Part shown: piece after piece, positions 49,359 through 64,000 of the stretch
How positions within the stretch are numbered: the stretch's first letter is position 1
Layout of the letters: each line of letters opens with the position of its first letter
Assembly: GCA_964035545.1 (NCBI GenBank)
Contig: OZ037765.1
Coordinates: 11,542,698-11,606,697 of the forward strand
Direction: 5' to 3'
DNA: 64,000 nt
Origin: Bugula neritina
Lineage: Eukaryota; Animalia; Bryozoa
Translations under genes and position numbers: made by a program
The notes under the pieces: generated by a model
Told to the model about the DNA's origin: nothing
What the model saw: only the letters and a program-made list of their open reading frames with translations
The model's database searches: none

Positions 49359-50944
49359 GCCATTACAATATGATCAAAGTCAATTTATATGTAGCCTAAT
49401 TACCAAACAGCTATTACAACTGTCAAAACTGAGAGACACATAAGGACGGCTTTTAACAGGAATTTTTTTTACTGGCACAAGTTTGCATATTAAATGAATA
49501 TTGAAAATTTATTAATCTAGCGCTCGTTTCTTATATTTATACTTCACATATTATGGATAAGTATACTTGTTTTCGTGTAAACGTTAAGTTTTCAACAACA
49601 AGTCAGGCCATGCAAACAGAGTGCACCAATTTTAAAAATACACAGATCTGTTTGTTCAGTCATTTTCGAAGATACAAAATGTATATGCTTAAAATATCAT
49701 GATTTTTCAGAAAAAGTACTGGTCAAAAGTGACCATGTCTTTCACTAAAGTGTCCATTTCGTACAGTACTTTATGTCACCTATTGCTTAACATGGTAGAA
49801 TGACCCAATATTTGCTGCCCTTTCAAATCAATGCTTAAAAGAAGCCAGAATAGAGCCTAAAAAAGCTCTTTTTCCACAACATCAGACACATGATAGAATG
49901 CAAGACAGTCTGTAACTAATTACTACGCATGTACTATTCAGTAAAAAAATGATCAGCAAAAAGTAAGAAAATTCATTCATTGGTATCCTTATATCAAACC
50001 ACATTCATGTGTGAATTGCTAGACAACATTTTGTATTTCTGACTTAAAAACAACATAGATAATGTATGACAGATTTACAACTGTAGATTAACACACTAGT
50101 CATAAGTGTTGAAAAATTCGCCAATTAGAATAGAATTTGGTTAGATAACAAATTTGGTGGAACATTAAAAAAATACTATGTTAAGAGATAATATTATGTT
50201 TTCAAAGAAGCTAATTTCTATACTACCAAAAAGTATTGGAATATATCCCAATACTTTTTGGCAATAATTATAATTCAACAATAATATTATGTCAATAATT
50301 TTAGAAACTACAAAATAACACAGTATAGATATTTTTATTAAAGTAGTCAAGCCAAAAGCAAAAGCATGACTTCAAACTGGTTGCCGGGCAACACAAAATA
50401 CATCATGTTTTATCAAAAATACATATCTGAAGTATCAACGCTCAATGTGAAAAATAGTTTCTGGCAAAAAAAGTGAACTATGAGAGTAGGAGTAGCAGAT
50501 AAATATAACAGTCCAGATCAGCTAGTTATACAAAAAATATGTCTTTATTATGTAAGAAACATTTTGAATAATAAAATGAGCCTTCGGCTAGACAGATCTG
50601 TTGTGCTAGGCAGTTAGAATGAGCCTTTAGCTAAACAATCTAAGGGAGCCTATAACCGAGTCAGTCGTGCTACTAAATGTTAGACCCAAAACTTGCAGCA
50701 TTTTTGAAGGACACGGGTGAGTAATAGAGGTGTTGATAACTTAAACATTTTGTTGGTTCATATAAATGAAAAAGATCTACAAAGGTTTGAGTTGACTATA
50801 CCCCCCCTCCCAAGTCTTTCTTAACAATAATACACTTATTTATGGGACCAGTATATAACCTTGATCAGCTACGTCTAAAACCCATTAAAACTCATATCAG
50901 GTTGAAGAATTAGCAACCAAAGTAGCATAAATACTATCATCTGT

Positions 50945-53900
50945 TCAAATGTTCCAGCTAAACAAATGATGCTTTATCAACATATCATTGAGAGAATCTT
51001 TGCCACCTGGTCCATGTGCAGTAGCCTTCTCATTAAGTTCATAGTGAGCTGACAGGCGGAATGCAAATTGTGCCAAAATTCTAAAATTAAATTTTTATAC
51101 TAATATATTTTACTATGGTAGAGGTAACAAAGAGAGAAAATAATAGATATACTGCAAATGTCAGAAATAATAATATCAATATATTAATCATATAGCAAGT
51201 TCAAACCTTGCATTTGCATACAAGTTGCGTAGAGCAGAGTATCTGTGAAAAGCGAAAATATGAAACATGTGACAAGATAAAAAATTCAACGGTTAGAAAG
51301 TTTTAATTACTTAGAAAAATGAAATATGAAGAGATTTATATAATGTAAATAACACCAAGTTGACTAGAACCAATAATTTATAAGCATTAATTTTAATGGC
51401 ACAGTGTATGCTTGGATAACAGTCATTATTCATTGGCAAGAATATTATAGGAAACAGATGTACTATACGAGGCACACCTACACAAAAAGTACCACAACAC
51501 TGAGATGCATACAATATAGAGATTGAATTTAAAATAATAACTTCAGAAAAAATATTTCTAATATAAAATAACGAAATGCTGTCTGATTGAGAATAGCCAA
51601 AATATAAAAACTAAAAAGGTACAAGATTAGATGCTGATAGAAAATATTTTATAGATAGTCTATGCTCCCATCTCCCAACTAAAAAGATGATATTTAGTGA
51701 GCATTTCTTGAACGTTTGCTAAGAAGTCACTTTCCCACTTCTTATGCTTTCTAAGGATTTCATGATCTCTTTCCAAGTGGAAGGCAAACTGCCGCAGGGT
51801 CCTGGCAAACCAAGCAGATAACAACACAATTACAATACTGGCAGACAAGTTTACAATACTGGCAGATGTATCACAACAGTAATACTAACAACAAAGCAAG
51901 AGTGATGTGACACATACAACACAATTACAGGCTGAAGAAAAGGCTGGGAAACATCAAAGTGTAAGTGAGCCCAAAATTCTGCAGTAATTACTACTTAAAG
52001 AATTGTTTAGACTAGCTATTGGCATTAATAAAAAAGTGTACATGTCCATGTAGCTTATACTGTGTAGGGTGTTTGTGCAAACAGTGACTAGAATGGAAAG
52101 ACAGTGATTCAACAGGAAACGCCTGAGAATGTTACCGACACTCACCGAAGCTCGCATTTGATCTGCACCCATCCAGGACTCCTGAGAAATGACCATCTGT
52201 GATACCACTTCCTGATGACGGACTCGGAAGAGCAAAGAGCCTCTAGCCATAAGTGTAATGCCTGTTCACTGCAACACATTACAAGTTATATTTCAAGATT
52301 ATATATGCTTCAAAACATTACAGAGTTTATGGATTGCACTAGAAGAAAATAAAAATAACAAGCAACCAAAACAATCTAGTTAAGCAAACGCAGAAGGGAA
52401 AACCTACTTTAGTCCACAGCATATTAGTGATCTCAGTTTGACATCCATTTGAGAATGAACTGCATCGTGGGTGGCATTAACAGCTTGCACTGCCTAAAAA
52501 GTGGTTATAAAGTTGGAGTGATATATGTTTATAACCAAACTTGGGTACACACAGCATAAACTTCATCATGCTTTACCAGAAAAATCAATTAGTAAATAGA
52601 GTTAATAAATAAAGCAAAATGTGACTATTCTTCATTATTAATGTACAACTAAAACAGGACAACCAACAGCAAACCTACCTTGTATAGCACTTCTTCCGGT
52701 GTTAACACTTTGCCATCTTCCTCTAACCTGCGAGAACAATTACCATTATATTACTAGCTCATTATTGGAAGCAAATCCGCATTATGCTTATAATGTCCGG
52801 TTTTTGCAACTTGCAGAAGTAATAATAACCTTTAAATTATATGTATATACACATTGCTGCATATTGTAAACTATATAGAAAGACAATAAGTATAAACAAC
52901 TTTAAATTTTGCTCGACAATTGACCACAAAAAATTCCATATGATCAGAGTAAGCAAATTTTGTTTACATTCTACAGAAATGAAGTCACTTGAAAAGATGC
53001 ATTTTTGCAGAAAAATTATATGTTATATTAAAACCCCAGTCTACACTCACATTATTTCATATTACTTTTTGCCTAGTGTGTTTCACACAGTCGCTAAAAA
53101 GCAAATTTTGAGCAACATTTGCTTACACTCAATCCGTTTAGTGTGTTTGGGTTTTAAAATATGTTGTACAATTTTAATAACTTACATAATAAAATATTGT
53201 ATTCTTATAACCTGAAACAGGGTTTAATTGGTAGCAAAGCAACTACCTTCACTTATGTTAAGGGTATAACTTTTCTATACCTGAATGTTTTACACAGCAC
53301 AAGCCTGGCATATATGGATTGATAGTCTTTTTCCACTTCCTTGCAAGTAGCTTCCTCAATGAACAGCCATGGGTGAGTAGACCCACCCAATAGTGAAGAT
53401 CTTTTCAATCCGTGCTGCAGAATTGCCTTCATCGCAGAGCAAAACCTATTAAAAAGAAGAATGTCTTGCAGCTAAGACAGGCTCTTAAATTAGAAACAAC
53501 TACCTGATATAAATACTAAAGTCTAAACAGTTAGGCTGTATAGAGTGACACTTACTCAACCTGACATACTTACATTCCTCTAACAAGATCTGTGATTTCA
53601 CTACACACAGAGTCATCTCCAGCTGAAGTGTAGTCTTTACTCCTCTCGTCCAACACCTCTACATACTTAGCAGGAAACCATCCAACTTGACCATCCAACT
53701 CGCCAATCCAGCAATGCTCATCCTTTCTGGACATCAGCTAAATGTGAAACAAAACCTCACTTCAATAATAATTAATAACCAAACTATAACAATAATGCAA
53801 CATTTGGTTAAATTAACGGTAGTAGAAAGGAAAGTGAACATATCTATTACTTCAGCATACTATAAATTCAGTTGAAAAAGGTTTTTTAAACAAAACAAGA

Positions 53901-56900
53901 CTAAGTGAAACTGTTTTAATTCAATTCGAATATAAAACTAAAAAAAGCACGTTAAAGATCATCACGGAAATTATATAATAGAATCATACATTGATGACAT
54001 CATTTTTTCTAAAACCAAGTTCCTCTGGAGTATGATTGTCAAAGTCAGCCAGGGCCTTGGCTCGACGTTTCCGTCGTCTAACAACTTTTACGTAGTGATC
54101 CAAATCGAGGCTATGACTTTCCAGTGAGTAGTCTGCATTCAGATCCTACACACACACGCAAGCAAAAAAAATGAATACAGACAAACCCATGACTACAAAT
54201 AACCTTAGGACATGTCAAAGTATTACAGCTTTGAATTACTATCCAACTATACTTGGAACAAGAACTTTTAGTATGAATGACTTATATACAGAGTTATTGC
54301 TTGCAGTCATTAGAAGATTTCCAACCACGCATTCACTGTAATTACTTTATGGTTTGCCTACATTGCTAGATGTGGGTGAATTGCTTCTTTATCATAAAAA
54401 ACAACAATTTTCTCATCCTTGAATGTGGCTATAAAATATTAGAACTGCTTACAGATTTATTAAATAGCAACAACTAGACATACTATTCTGGAATCAGAGT
54501 CCACCCTCTGGAAATAACGTCCTATCTGCAGGATGGCATTTCTCAAATCCACTAGTAGTTCAGTCTGCTTGATGTTCTTGGCTTTTACATCTTCATTTTC
54601 AGAATCACCCCAAATAAAACTCAAGAAAGAGCTGGAGTTGTTGATTTGCCGCTTACTGAGTTGCTATTCAAATAAAGAAAACCGCAATTAAAGTCTAAAT
54701 TGAACATCCGACAGTATTTTACAGATGGCTATTTCTGGAGACAATCTGAAACACTGATACCTGAAACAAACAACAGCACATAGAACAGTCTCAAACATGA
54801 AAGACTGTTTTCAATGATTTAAATTTGTTTATAAATAACCTGTTTGGGGAGATTTTTGGTCTGTTCTGGATTAATAAGGGCGCCTTGGTCGGCCATCAGA
54901 TATGCGAGATGCTTGCGTCTTTGTGATTCAATAAGTCCGTGTCTTAGAGACTGCGCAACGCTAAATGCTGCTTCAATCAATTCATCAACATCGTCAATCG
55001 TGGAAGGGAGATCAGCAAGGAAATTAAATATCTGGGAGGAGCTTTTTATTGCCTCCACTTGTTTCTCCTAATACAAGAAAGAAATAAAGCTATACTATAA
55101 TATAAAATGCTACACTGTAACCATTTTACAGAAAAAATTTCTAGTTAAATAAAACCAATAGATTTCCTAATTGTTTAACATTTAGTTTTATGACAAAATA
55201 ATACGTACTCTCAGTTTCAACATCCCAAGTGTAAGTTGAAACAGCACAACAGATCCATGGTAGAAGAAGAGATCCAAAACACGCAGGTGTATTCTGGGAT
55301 GGAGTACGCCAGCAAACAATGTGAGAAACCAGTGAAGGGTTATCAGAGACACCTCTGTAATAACACACAGTCCGATCATTATGATAATATTACAAAAAGC
55401 AAAAGAGAGTCTACAGATAATAGAACTTAGTATATACATTAATAATCAAAGTGACAGTAAAAAACAAAACCGGTAGGTTTATTGTGAACTTTTGCACCTC
55501 CTATGGCTCTCACATACATGATGTTTCAAAAATTTCATAATTCCGATTTCGGATACTTATTAGATACAAGTCAAAAAATTGTTACCAGTCTCTTAATTTA
55601 CGCCCAATACTATGTTTAACACACTTCAATAAGTGTTAGTCAAAAATGCACCAACCCCAACAGAAATCGAATATAGCTAGATCAGGAAGTATATTGTATG
55701 AAAGTAAATGGCCAGAGTACTATTGTTGAATTGTATAAAATATAATTTTTGGGCTTTATTTGTGATACTAACTTTTATTAGGTACAGATGAACAAAGTAA
55801 AATTTAAATCGATACGGATGTATAAGCCTAATCAGATGAAATCATATTGTGAATGCTCTAAAAATATAGCAACTATTCAAAGGTAATAAATGCTGTGAGT
55901 ATAAATAGAATATATCATCAGATCAATACCAAATCTAACTTTAAATTTCAAACATAAGCTTATGAGTGTTTTTAAACAATGGAAAGCTGCTACATAAAAG
56001 AAAGTTTTTGTCGAAATTCAAATAAGCACGTAACAATAAATAAACACTAGTAGTTGTAGCAGTAGCAGTAGTAGTAGTAGTAGCAGCAGCAGCAGTACAA
56101 ACATAAAATCTAATATCATACCCACATCATGATGCTTGAATGTTTGGTCAAGATCAGGCAAATAATTTGAGATGAGTTGTACTAGAACTTTCTGGTCAGC
56201 TTGCACACCGAGTAAGGTATTAGAGAAGTATGAGGCAGGCAGCATATCTTCAATAATTGTACATGTCAGCCAGAAAACGTCTTCTTCCTCCATATATAAG
56301 AGCAATGAGGCAACAATCTGCAGCACAAAATAGTGTTCGTATTATTTTTGACAAGCATGTAGAACTTAGAACAAAAATTCTAGGTTTTTTCAAAACATTT
56401 TTTTTCAATAATTATTAGATCAAATTAATGTTTTTATGCTTCACAGTTGAAAAACATTTAAGCAATTTCAATAGCTCAAAAATCAATACCCATCTCATAT
56501 AGTTTACTTACCACACCCATACCCTGACAGTACCCAATCTCAGGATATAACCAAGCTATACTCTTGAGTACACGTCTCAACCTACCAATACCATTACCCT
56601 TCATACTGCAGAAGCAGGCGTTGTTGGGAAGAGTGCGCAGAAGATCCTGAAACATGAAATAACTTGAAATACTGCTGTTTCTGTTTGAAATGCAAAAAAC
56701 ATAATTATACAGCTGCAAACATTTTATTTTTATTTTATTTAAATAAAACGGCCAGATTTGTGCAAATTAATATATAAAGATACTTTTTCTATTTGCTTGG
56801 AGGATGTTAAGGTCTCAGAAGAGCTGGCATTAACAATCTCTTGATAAGACTGTTTAGACTTTTGTTTCTTTGTGACGGAGCCGCATAGCCTGGGCCATAT

Positions 56901-59900
56901 AAATGGCCTCAGAGAATGCGGGATGCCCTCATGAGTTATCATATCTTGTAACTTTTGGGATGGTGGCAAACGAAGATTAACCTAAAATAAATTTTAATAT
57001 TTACATAAAGTCATACAATTGATAATGTAATAACTTTCATTGGAGAACAAGATATGAAAGAACTGTAACAAATGTGATCAAAATGTTTGCTTGCAATTAA
57101 CAATTGTAATAACACCTCAAGGAGTTTTAATTATTGATTTAAGGAGTTTACATGCATAGTCATATAGCTTGAGTCAAAACTAGTAATCATGCTAGGATGC
57201 AAGTTAGTCAAATTTGAAAACTTTAAAAAGATAGAGAATGAAGATACGGTTAGATAAAGCACATGTTACAGAGTAACCGAGGGACAATAGAATGAGACAG
57301 AAAAAGGGAGAGCTAATTTTCAATACTTCCTGGTAAGTTAGGGCCTACTCACACAAATATATTCCTAATACTAAAAATAAACTGGCGGTCATAATCTATT
57401 GGTTCAATATTAAAATTAAGTTAAGAATTAAAATCCAATTCAAGTAGCTAAATTTTAAAAATTATAAAAAAAATTCATAAGAAGTATGGGTATTACAAAG
57501 GACAAGAAGTAGCAAGTTTAGTACGGTGCATAAAATGCATAAGCCAAATGAACTCACAAAACAAAGCAAATTTTAGCATCCAATAAATAAAAATGTGATG
57601 TGTTCAAACAATAACTAAACTTTGCTCAATCTATATAACTTGAACCAACAAAGATCCATCTGAAAATACACAGCAGTCTGTGCAAATATATATGAACCTG
57701 AACCAGTATCATTTAACAAGGAATTATGAGAGTAGAAGAAGATGCTTATTTTTATATACCTTCATACAGCTTCCTACAACATAATTTTATGACATTCAGT
57801 CACACTGAGTAAAAAAAGTAGAATAATGCCAGTAAGTATAAAATGCATATAAATACACAACAGCCACGGTGACTTAAATGTAGTATTGAAATCAACATAA
57901 TGTTGTGACTTAAATTATTGCTATACCTTTAAAATGAACATAAGGATTTAGTAGCACAACAAACTATATAGTTATATGACAAGAAGCATAAATCGATCTC
58001 AACAAAAACACACATTGATGTGAATAGTTGATACCTGTTCAAGCGCAAATGAAGTCATATCATTATTATGCGAGAATTCAAGATATGCAATCCATTTAAG
58101 TTTGTGTTTAGAGTTTTCCATAAAGGGAGTACTCAACAATTTACTAGAATTTTCTTCCGGCCCATCTACAACCAACAGTTAGATTAGACAAAATTTCAGA
58201 AATTTAAGGCTGTTGCTTCAAGCTTTATTGAAATTTGCAAAACATTTGATTGAAACTTTGCAGATTAAATATGACACGAAGATGTAGTATATGCATAAAA
58301 TATGTTGAGAAACTAACATGACATCACAAACAACAAACAATTTACCTTCAACTTCTACCTTGAAACCAAACTCATCATATCGATAGTCGACTTGACCACT
58401 TTCATCCTCTGGCTAAAATTGATAAAATATAACTTCGAAAAGTTGAAAATAAATGCAGTAATTATACAAACTAAAACCATATTCTACCATTAAAGAGAAT
58501 GTCAAGCAGCATTGTTAGAGTCGAGTTTATTACAAGCAGTGGAAATTCTCCGTACCGGGCTTAGTTCAGCTGCAAAGTCATGAGGCCACATTGATGCTGT
58601 AAGAGCTGAGAATGGGCCACTTTTAGGAGTTGACTGAAGCTCATTGTCATCACATTCATCATCACTTAAAAGTGTTTCAGCTACAATAAAGAAAAAAATA
58701 CTACATTTATATATAATTGAATATTTAATAAAGTAATAGCTCTTAGCTTTCAATTTGCAAAACAAAATAATAACCGATTCAAAAATTTTTGCTATAATTA
58801 TTATCATTGTCACCAGGTAAACAATTTACTTACCTTATCTATTACTACTAGATCTGTTTTAATAAAAATGTTACTGTTTAGTTCTACTGACATAACAACA
58901 CTGCCCATAGCTATCGTTATTACATATTATAAACATTATCACCACACTAGGTAATCTCAATGATCAGCTAATATTATCATCGCCATATTTGGCATAAAGT
59001 GTAGCCTTGTTTGATGCCTTGTGACAATATCACAACTATAATCATGGCAATGTTGAAATCTAAATTAAATATCAATTAATTCAATATACATTAAATATCA
59101 ACATAAATACAAATACCAAATTTTGATATAACTATTAATATAAAACCTAGAATGAACTGATAGTGTGTTAAGCATATGTCTACAGTATGATTTGAATTTT
59201 ATATCACTAGAATTTCTAGAAATGCAAAAACATATCTCGTCCACTACACTACCATAACTAAAGGTTATGCCACATAAAGAAAAACTTCCACATGGCCCGC
59301 TAGTGAAAACAGGGTTTATCATTACGTTCCAAATTCTACTCTATAAACTATTAAAAATAATACTTTTTAATATTAGCCTGCACTTTTATTATCTATTAGT
59401 GTGACACGAAGTTTTAGGGCAATCTATTACTATCAATACTTGTTTACATTGCTTAGCCATCTTATATTAAATATGCCAGTTCCACATAAATCATACATGT
59501 ACATTGTAGAATGCAATAGAATTTTCTAGACTATTTTACCAAGAGCATAAAAGCAGATGCTTTGTTTATGCAGTCAAAGTTCAATAATAAAGTTTTTGTA
59601 AACAATACGAGACTATTATATATCATGGCAGGACATCTCATTTCTAGTTCTGAGACAAAAAGACATCATGATATTTTTGGACAATATATATTCCTAAAAG
59701 AGCCATCACACTGTATCCCAACTTTGTGACAAATTATAATTATGTTGCTGTTAAATGTCACGGTCGCACCTAAGGCTAAAAAGTAATGCTATCAAACTCA
59801 ATATCATGCTCCTAGTCACAGTGATGGCTGGTATTATTACGAGTCATAGGCATACTAATAGTAATAGTATTAGGTATTAAGTATGGTGTTGCAGGTGTGT

Positions 59901-60628
59901 GAGTTACTCTCACTATCATTATGTTACTCATAGGAAAAATTATACTGACTGTTAGTATAATACTCATAGCAAGAGTCATACTGATACTGACTATCAGTAG
60001 AATATGCGTATAAGCATCACTGTATCAGTATAAATCTAATTACAAGTTATAAAGTATGCAGTAGTTAATAAGTATTAGAATAACTACCACATATTTAGAT
60101 TTATAATAATAATGATACCAATAGTGATACTCATTGTGGTTGTCATAGTCAGTATAAGTATAACTATCAGTATCACTATCAGTATGAATATCGCTATCAC
60201 TGAGTACTGACAGTGAGTATCACTATGGTCTATAGGTATCAACTAGAACTATAATTATCATAGTGATAGTGAGATAAGACTAAGTGTAACTTACACTAGT
60301 TGCAACACAATACTTTTACATTAACAATAACTATCAGTATGAGTATGTCTGTATCACTACCAGTGTATAACTATGACTATGAGTATGACACATTGACAGT
60401 ATCAGTATCACTATCAGTATCAGTATGAGTATCACTATCAGTATGACTATCACTATGTTACTGACTATGAGTATGAGTATGACTATCAGTATCAGTATCA
60501 CTATGACTATGAGTATGACTATGAGTATGAGATTTAGTATGACTCAGACTATCACTATGAGTATCTTTAAAATTGTGTATCAAAATACATTATTTACCTG
60601 CAACAGCTTTGTTACTATAACCTTCCAT
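50945..60628 (-). CDS. SGSM3: Small G protein signalling modulator 3 (TBC-SH3-RUN)
   Basis: [38 protein letters not shown] and [19 protein letters not shown]3 [15 protein letters not shown] / [56 protein letters not shown]-terminal KHHLFSW. The first coding exon 60628-60598 ([10 protein letters not shown]) is tentative. Confidence 0.93.
51660..51801 (-). CDS. SGSM3: Alternative (proximal) terminal exon of SGSM3
   Basis: Phase-2 AG acceptor. Encodes TLRQFAFHL...[16 protein letters not shown], paralogous to the distal exon 51080-50945. Confidence 0.75.
56048..56096. repeat. (TAG/CAG)n trinucleotide repeat in an SGSM3 intron
   Basis: Directly visible; it produces the poly-Leu tail of ORF 56018-56326. 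Confidence 0.8.
59830..60565. repeat. Degenerate (A[CG]T-AT[CG])n hexamer-periodic tract
   Basis: For example AGTATCACTATCAGTATGACTATC; purest at 60330-60565. Confidence 0.8.
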
Positions 60629-61808
60629 GTATTCAAGTGTATTCACAACGATTGCGCAGCAGGATTTGGAAAAAAGTCACACAATATGTTACCATTATGA
60701 CTATGGTCGTTTTTAGTTGGCATCATCGACGTGAGATTTACAAGGATTTGAGCTTCAAATTGACTTCCTGTGTAGCACACAGACCTAAAGTTTTTAAGCC
60801 TTAGTTCAATAAAGATTTGCAGGGTCACCTAATGAGAGTACCGTAAACTTTGCAATTTTGTGATTAGTGTCCTATAGTTTTGCACTTGGATGACACATTG
60901 CACTCGCTAACGTATTGTTAAGACCGTACAAATGTCGGTAGCAGCACAATATTATACAGAACATTTATAGAAGACTGGGAGCTGCTACTAAACAGCAGGA
61001 TTTTAAATCCAGCAGTTATTGGATCACGTTATTTTCACTCGCATCTCAACTCCACTGCCTATTAGTGAGTTTTGTAGCCAATCAGTAAGCAAATAATAGA
61101 AATGATCAACATGGAATAGCATTCTCTGATGTTCACGTGGACAGCTCTGGGAAATTTATTTTCGTGTCAGTAGTTTACGAAATTCACAAACCAGTTGAAA
61201 CTGTATGAAGGGACAGCTCATCTGGGTTGTATTGAATTGATGTTCAACGAAGTTTAATCAAAATTTCATGACTAGCAAAAAAGAAGGCTTTGAAGGTTTC
61301 CAGTTTTAAAATTTATTTATTGATATGAACATAATTATATGGATTTTGAACAGTCAATATACTTTATTTAATTTATGAAATGATAAGTTTTAAAATTGAA
61401 AAAATGGTAGCGGAGTTTAGCAGTAAAGACTTTTTGGAAGAAGTACAATGCTATTAATATAAATACATGAACAGTGTTGGAAAACAATAACAATCACAGT
61501 CTCAATTACATCTCAAAGCAAAGTTAGCAGTAATTCTATAATTTAACAATACAAGCTTGGTGACTGCAATTATTATTGGTTTTCAAAATGCAAATGGACA
61601 TTAAATAGCATTCCATAGACAATAACAATGTAGTTAGAAGAACTTAATGGAGACAGCTGTGCTGAACAAAGCCATTCTAAGTAAACTGCTGCTTTTAAAA
61701 TACTCATATTTATTTTTTAAAATATAAATACATCAAAAAAAGCACAGATCATAGTCATATAGTTATTGCCAGAGCCGGTTTATTCCAAAGTAGAAGAATA
61801 TTGCATGC

Positions 61809-63780
61809 TTAGTCGTAATCATCCAAATCAAAGTCTTCAAATCCTTCCTCCAATTCTTCCAGCTGCTGGAGATCGACTTGATATCTCAGAATACCTGATA
61901 ATGTGAAGAGGTAAGTTTAACTATTGTAATAGCATAGCATAGCTTCTCAACATTAAAACATATACAAGCACATTAGTTTTACAAAACTGAAACCAAAATA
62001 TTGGAATGAATAGAACAAGAAGGAAGCGTTGTTGGGTTAGCAAAATATCACTTTGCATAAAACTCATTATTTTACCTCCATTATTTCAGTAAAAACTTTG
62101 GCTTTACCTATTTATTTATTGACTTGGAACAATTTCGTAATATACACAATGAGTGCAAACCAATATATTAAGTAAAATTTTCATGCATACATAATATTCT
62201 CAAGCTAGTCTAAGATATATTATTTACAGTGGACTAAATTAAATGGAGTGAGTTCGAGACAATATTGAGCCTAAACTAGGTGTACAGATTTGAGATCAAT
62301 GCATGACTCACCTCCAATTCCACCAAAACCTCTAACAAATTGGGCACCTTCCTGTGACCGATCAGTTATAATCTCAAGGGTGGCTCCAAACTCCTTGTAG
62401 TGATTAGCAAACCACTCCAACAGAGGCATACTGTCCATCACCTCTAATTCTACACCAGTCTAAATATTAAACACTCTACTATATTACTAATACTAAAAAA
62501 ACTGCAAAATAAATCATTAAATTCCAAGAGTAATTTTGTCATTTGGTTGTATTAGTCCATTAAATTCAAGTTTAATATTAAAAAATACCTCCTTGTCAAT
62601 AAAATTGGTTTTATCTTTTTCCTGTTCTGGTCGTAGAAACAGTTTGGTATCACCTAAAATATTAGATAAATGTCTATAAATAGATGGAAAATCTACAAAT
62701 ACAATTTTTCTCTACTAATAACACAATAAAAATGTAGAAAAACTCCTTACACTAAAATCAAGTGTCAACATTAGTAGAAAATGCTCTTGAAAAATGCTAG
62801 TTTTATAAAATATGCAAGATTTTCTTAATTTAGATATGAGCCTCTAAGTCACCAACAAGAGTTTCATATTTACTTTACTACTAGGAGAAAAATCATCAGG
62901 TTATGATAGCCAGAAACTTAACTAGAAGGAAGCCTACACAACAAAACTTTTATATAACTAATGACTGTTTACATAATACCCAGGCCTAATGTTACTAACA
63001 AACACTTCATTAAAATACAAACATGGAAGTAAAAATCTTCAGAGCAAATATTTTTGTTGAACTCTTATAAGACAGCATAACTCTTTGAAAATGACAAGCA
63101 CTGCTAACTTACATGCCAGTTAAATAAAAGCACTCAACTTAATGAGCTAGATATCACAACTCCCAAGTATGAAATGTTAAATAGGCTTACTATCAGTAGA
63201 ATGGTCCTTTAAAACATAGCGAGTTACTTCCAAATTTTCCCAAACAATGAGAATTTCTACAGCACCCATTTCTAGTGACTTGAGGGTATCATTTACTCCA
63301 AAACAGTACCGACCAGTATCTTGAGAAATCTCGTCAAAATATTTCCCTGCAAATCGCATCAATATTAATATATATGATAATCCATAACCTAGGTCTTAGG
63401 TATAACTGAGAACAGTATGTCAAACACACTTCCATGTAGAGATTACTAGAATTGCCAAGTTGACAAAAATGTTGCTGGCCATGTAAAAATAAAAAATATT
63501 ATATAACCAAAAACACTATGAAGCTCAAAAATATACTTGAGAAATATTCCATTTTACCATGAAGGGATAGTGCAGTATAAAACATTACCAATAATCTATT
63601 TGTAGTTGTTTAAGATTTAAAGATTATAATAAACTAAAGTTACTGGTTACCTATCAATCTCTTTTCTTGAATAAACTTGACATTCCCTAGAGTATCAGAG
63701 GACAATTCTATCGCCTGATTAAAGCCATTTTCTCCACCGTAAGATACATCAACAATTTTCAATATTTTTGCTTGCAGACG
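61809..63780 (-). CDS. ETF1: Eukaryotic peptide chain release factor 1, 3' exons (5' part beyond the window)
   Basis: Exons 63780-63651, 63346-63191, 62653-62589, 62459-62312, 61894-61809. Motifs [61 protein letters not shown], acidic tail DFDLDDYD*. Confidence 0.96.
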
Positions 63781-64000
63781 CTTCATAAAAGAAACAAAAA
63801 TAAATTAAAATTTACTGAAGAACGAGATGAACCAATCACTAGCAGCATTGAAAAAAAAAAGTTCTAATATTGATATGATCGGTTGGAGTAATAAAACCAC
63901 TAAGTGACGTGAACACAATACAATTAGATAAGCCCAGAAAAAATAGATATACACCTAATCAGAGAACAGTAGAAAAATAATGGATTCTGTTAGTCAACAT

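Noticed and set aside
58834-58893. Alternative SGSM3 first exon (MSVELNSN...)
   Set aside because: Its consensus donor is phase 0 but the next exon needs phase 1. Exon 60628-60598 fits better, though this is unproven.
60425-60700. Ser/Met/Thr/Ile-rich ORF
   Set aside because: Translation of the degenerate hexamer repeat.

Overview
AT-rich, intron-containing animal (invertebrate-like) genomic DNA; nothing prokaryotic and no CRISPR. Eight host genes can be rebuilt exon by exon with GT-AG boundaries and consistent phases: the 3' end of a CDC14 phosphatase (+), a single-exon TMEM200-like gene (-), a high-affinity choline transporter SLC5A7/CHT1 (+), a PGC-1/PPRC1/spargel-like coactivator (-), an AADAC/NCEH1-like HSL-family esterase (-), an unusual type I membrane protein (IgGFc-binding domain + collagen + EGF + TM) (-), SGSM3 (-) and the 3' half of eRF1 (-). 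The most striking element is a very young Gypsy-type LTR retroelement in intron 1 of the choline transporter (12903-15547). It has an ATAT target-site duplication, a tRNA-Leu primer-binding site, an intact gag and an intact -1 frameshift cassette, while nearly all of pol, the PPT and the first 241 bp of the 3' LTR are deleted. Other highlights are the FCGBP-collagen-EGF receptor-like protein with a Pro-poor, Thr/Lys-rich triple helix, duplicated alternative last exons in SGSM3, a CCAAT-TATA-Inr module resembling a solo LTR, a foldback element with a 9-bp TSD, and several SINE/MITE copies. All family assignments come from recognised motifs; no database search was run.
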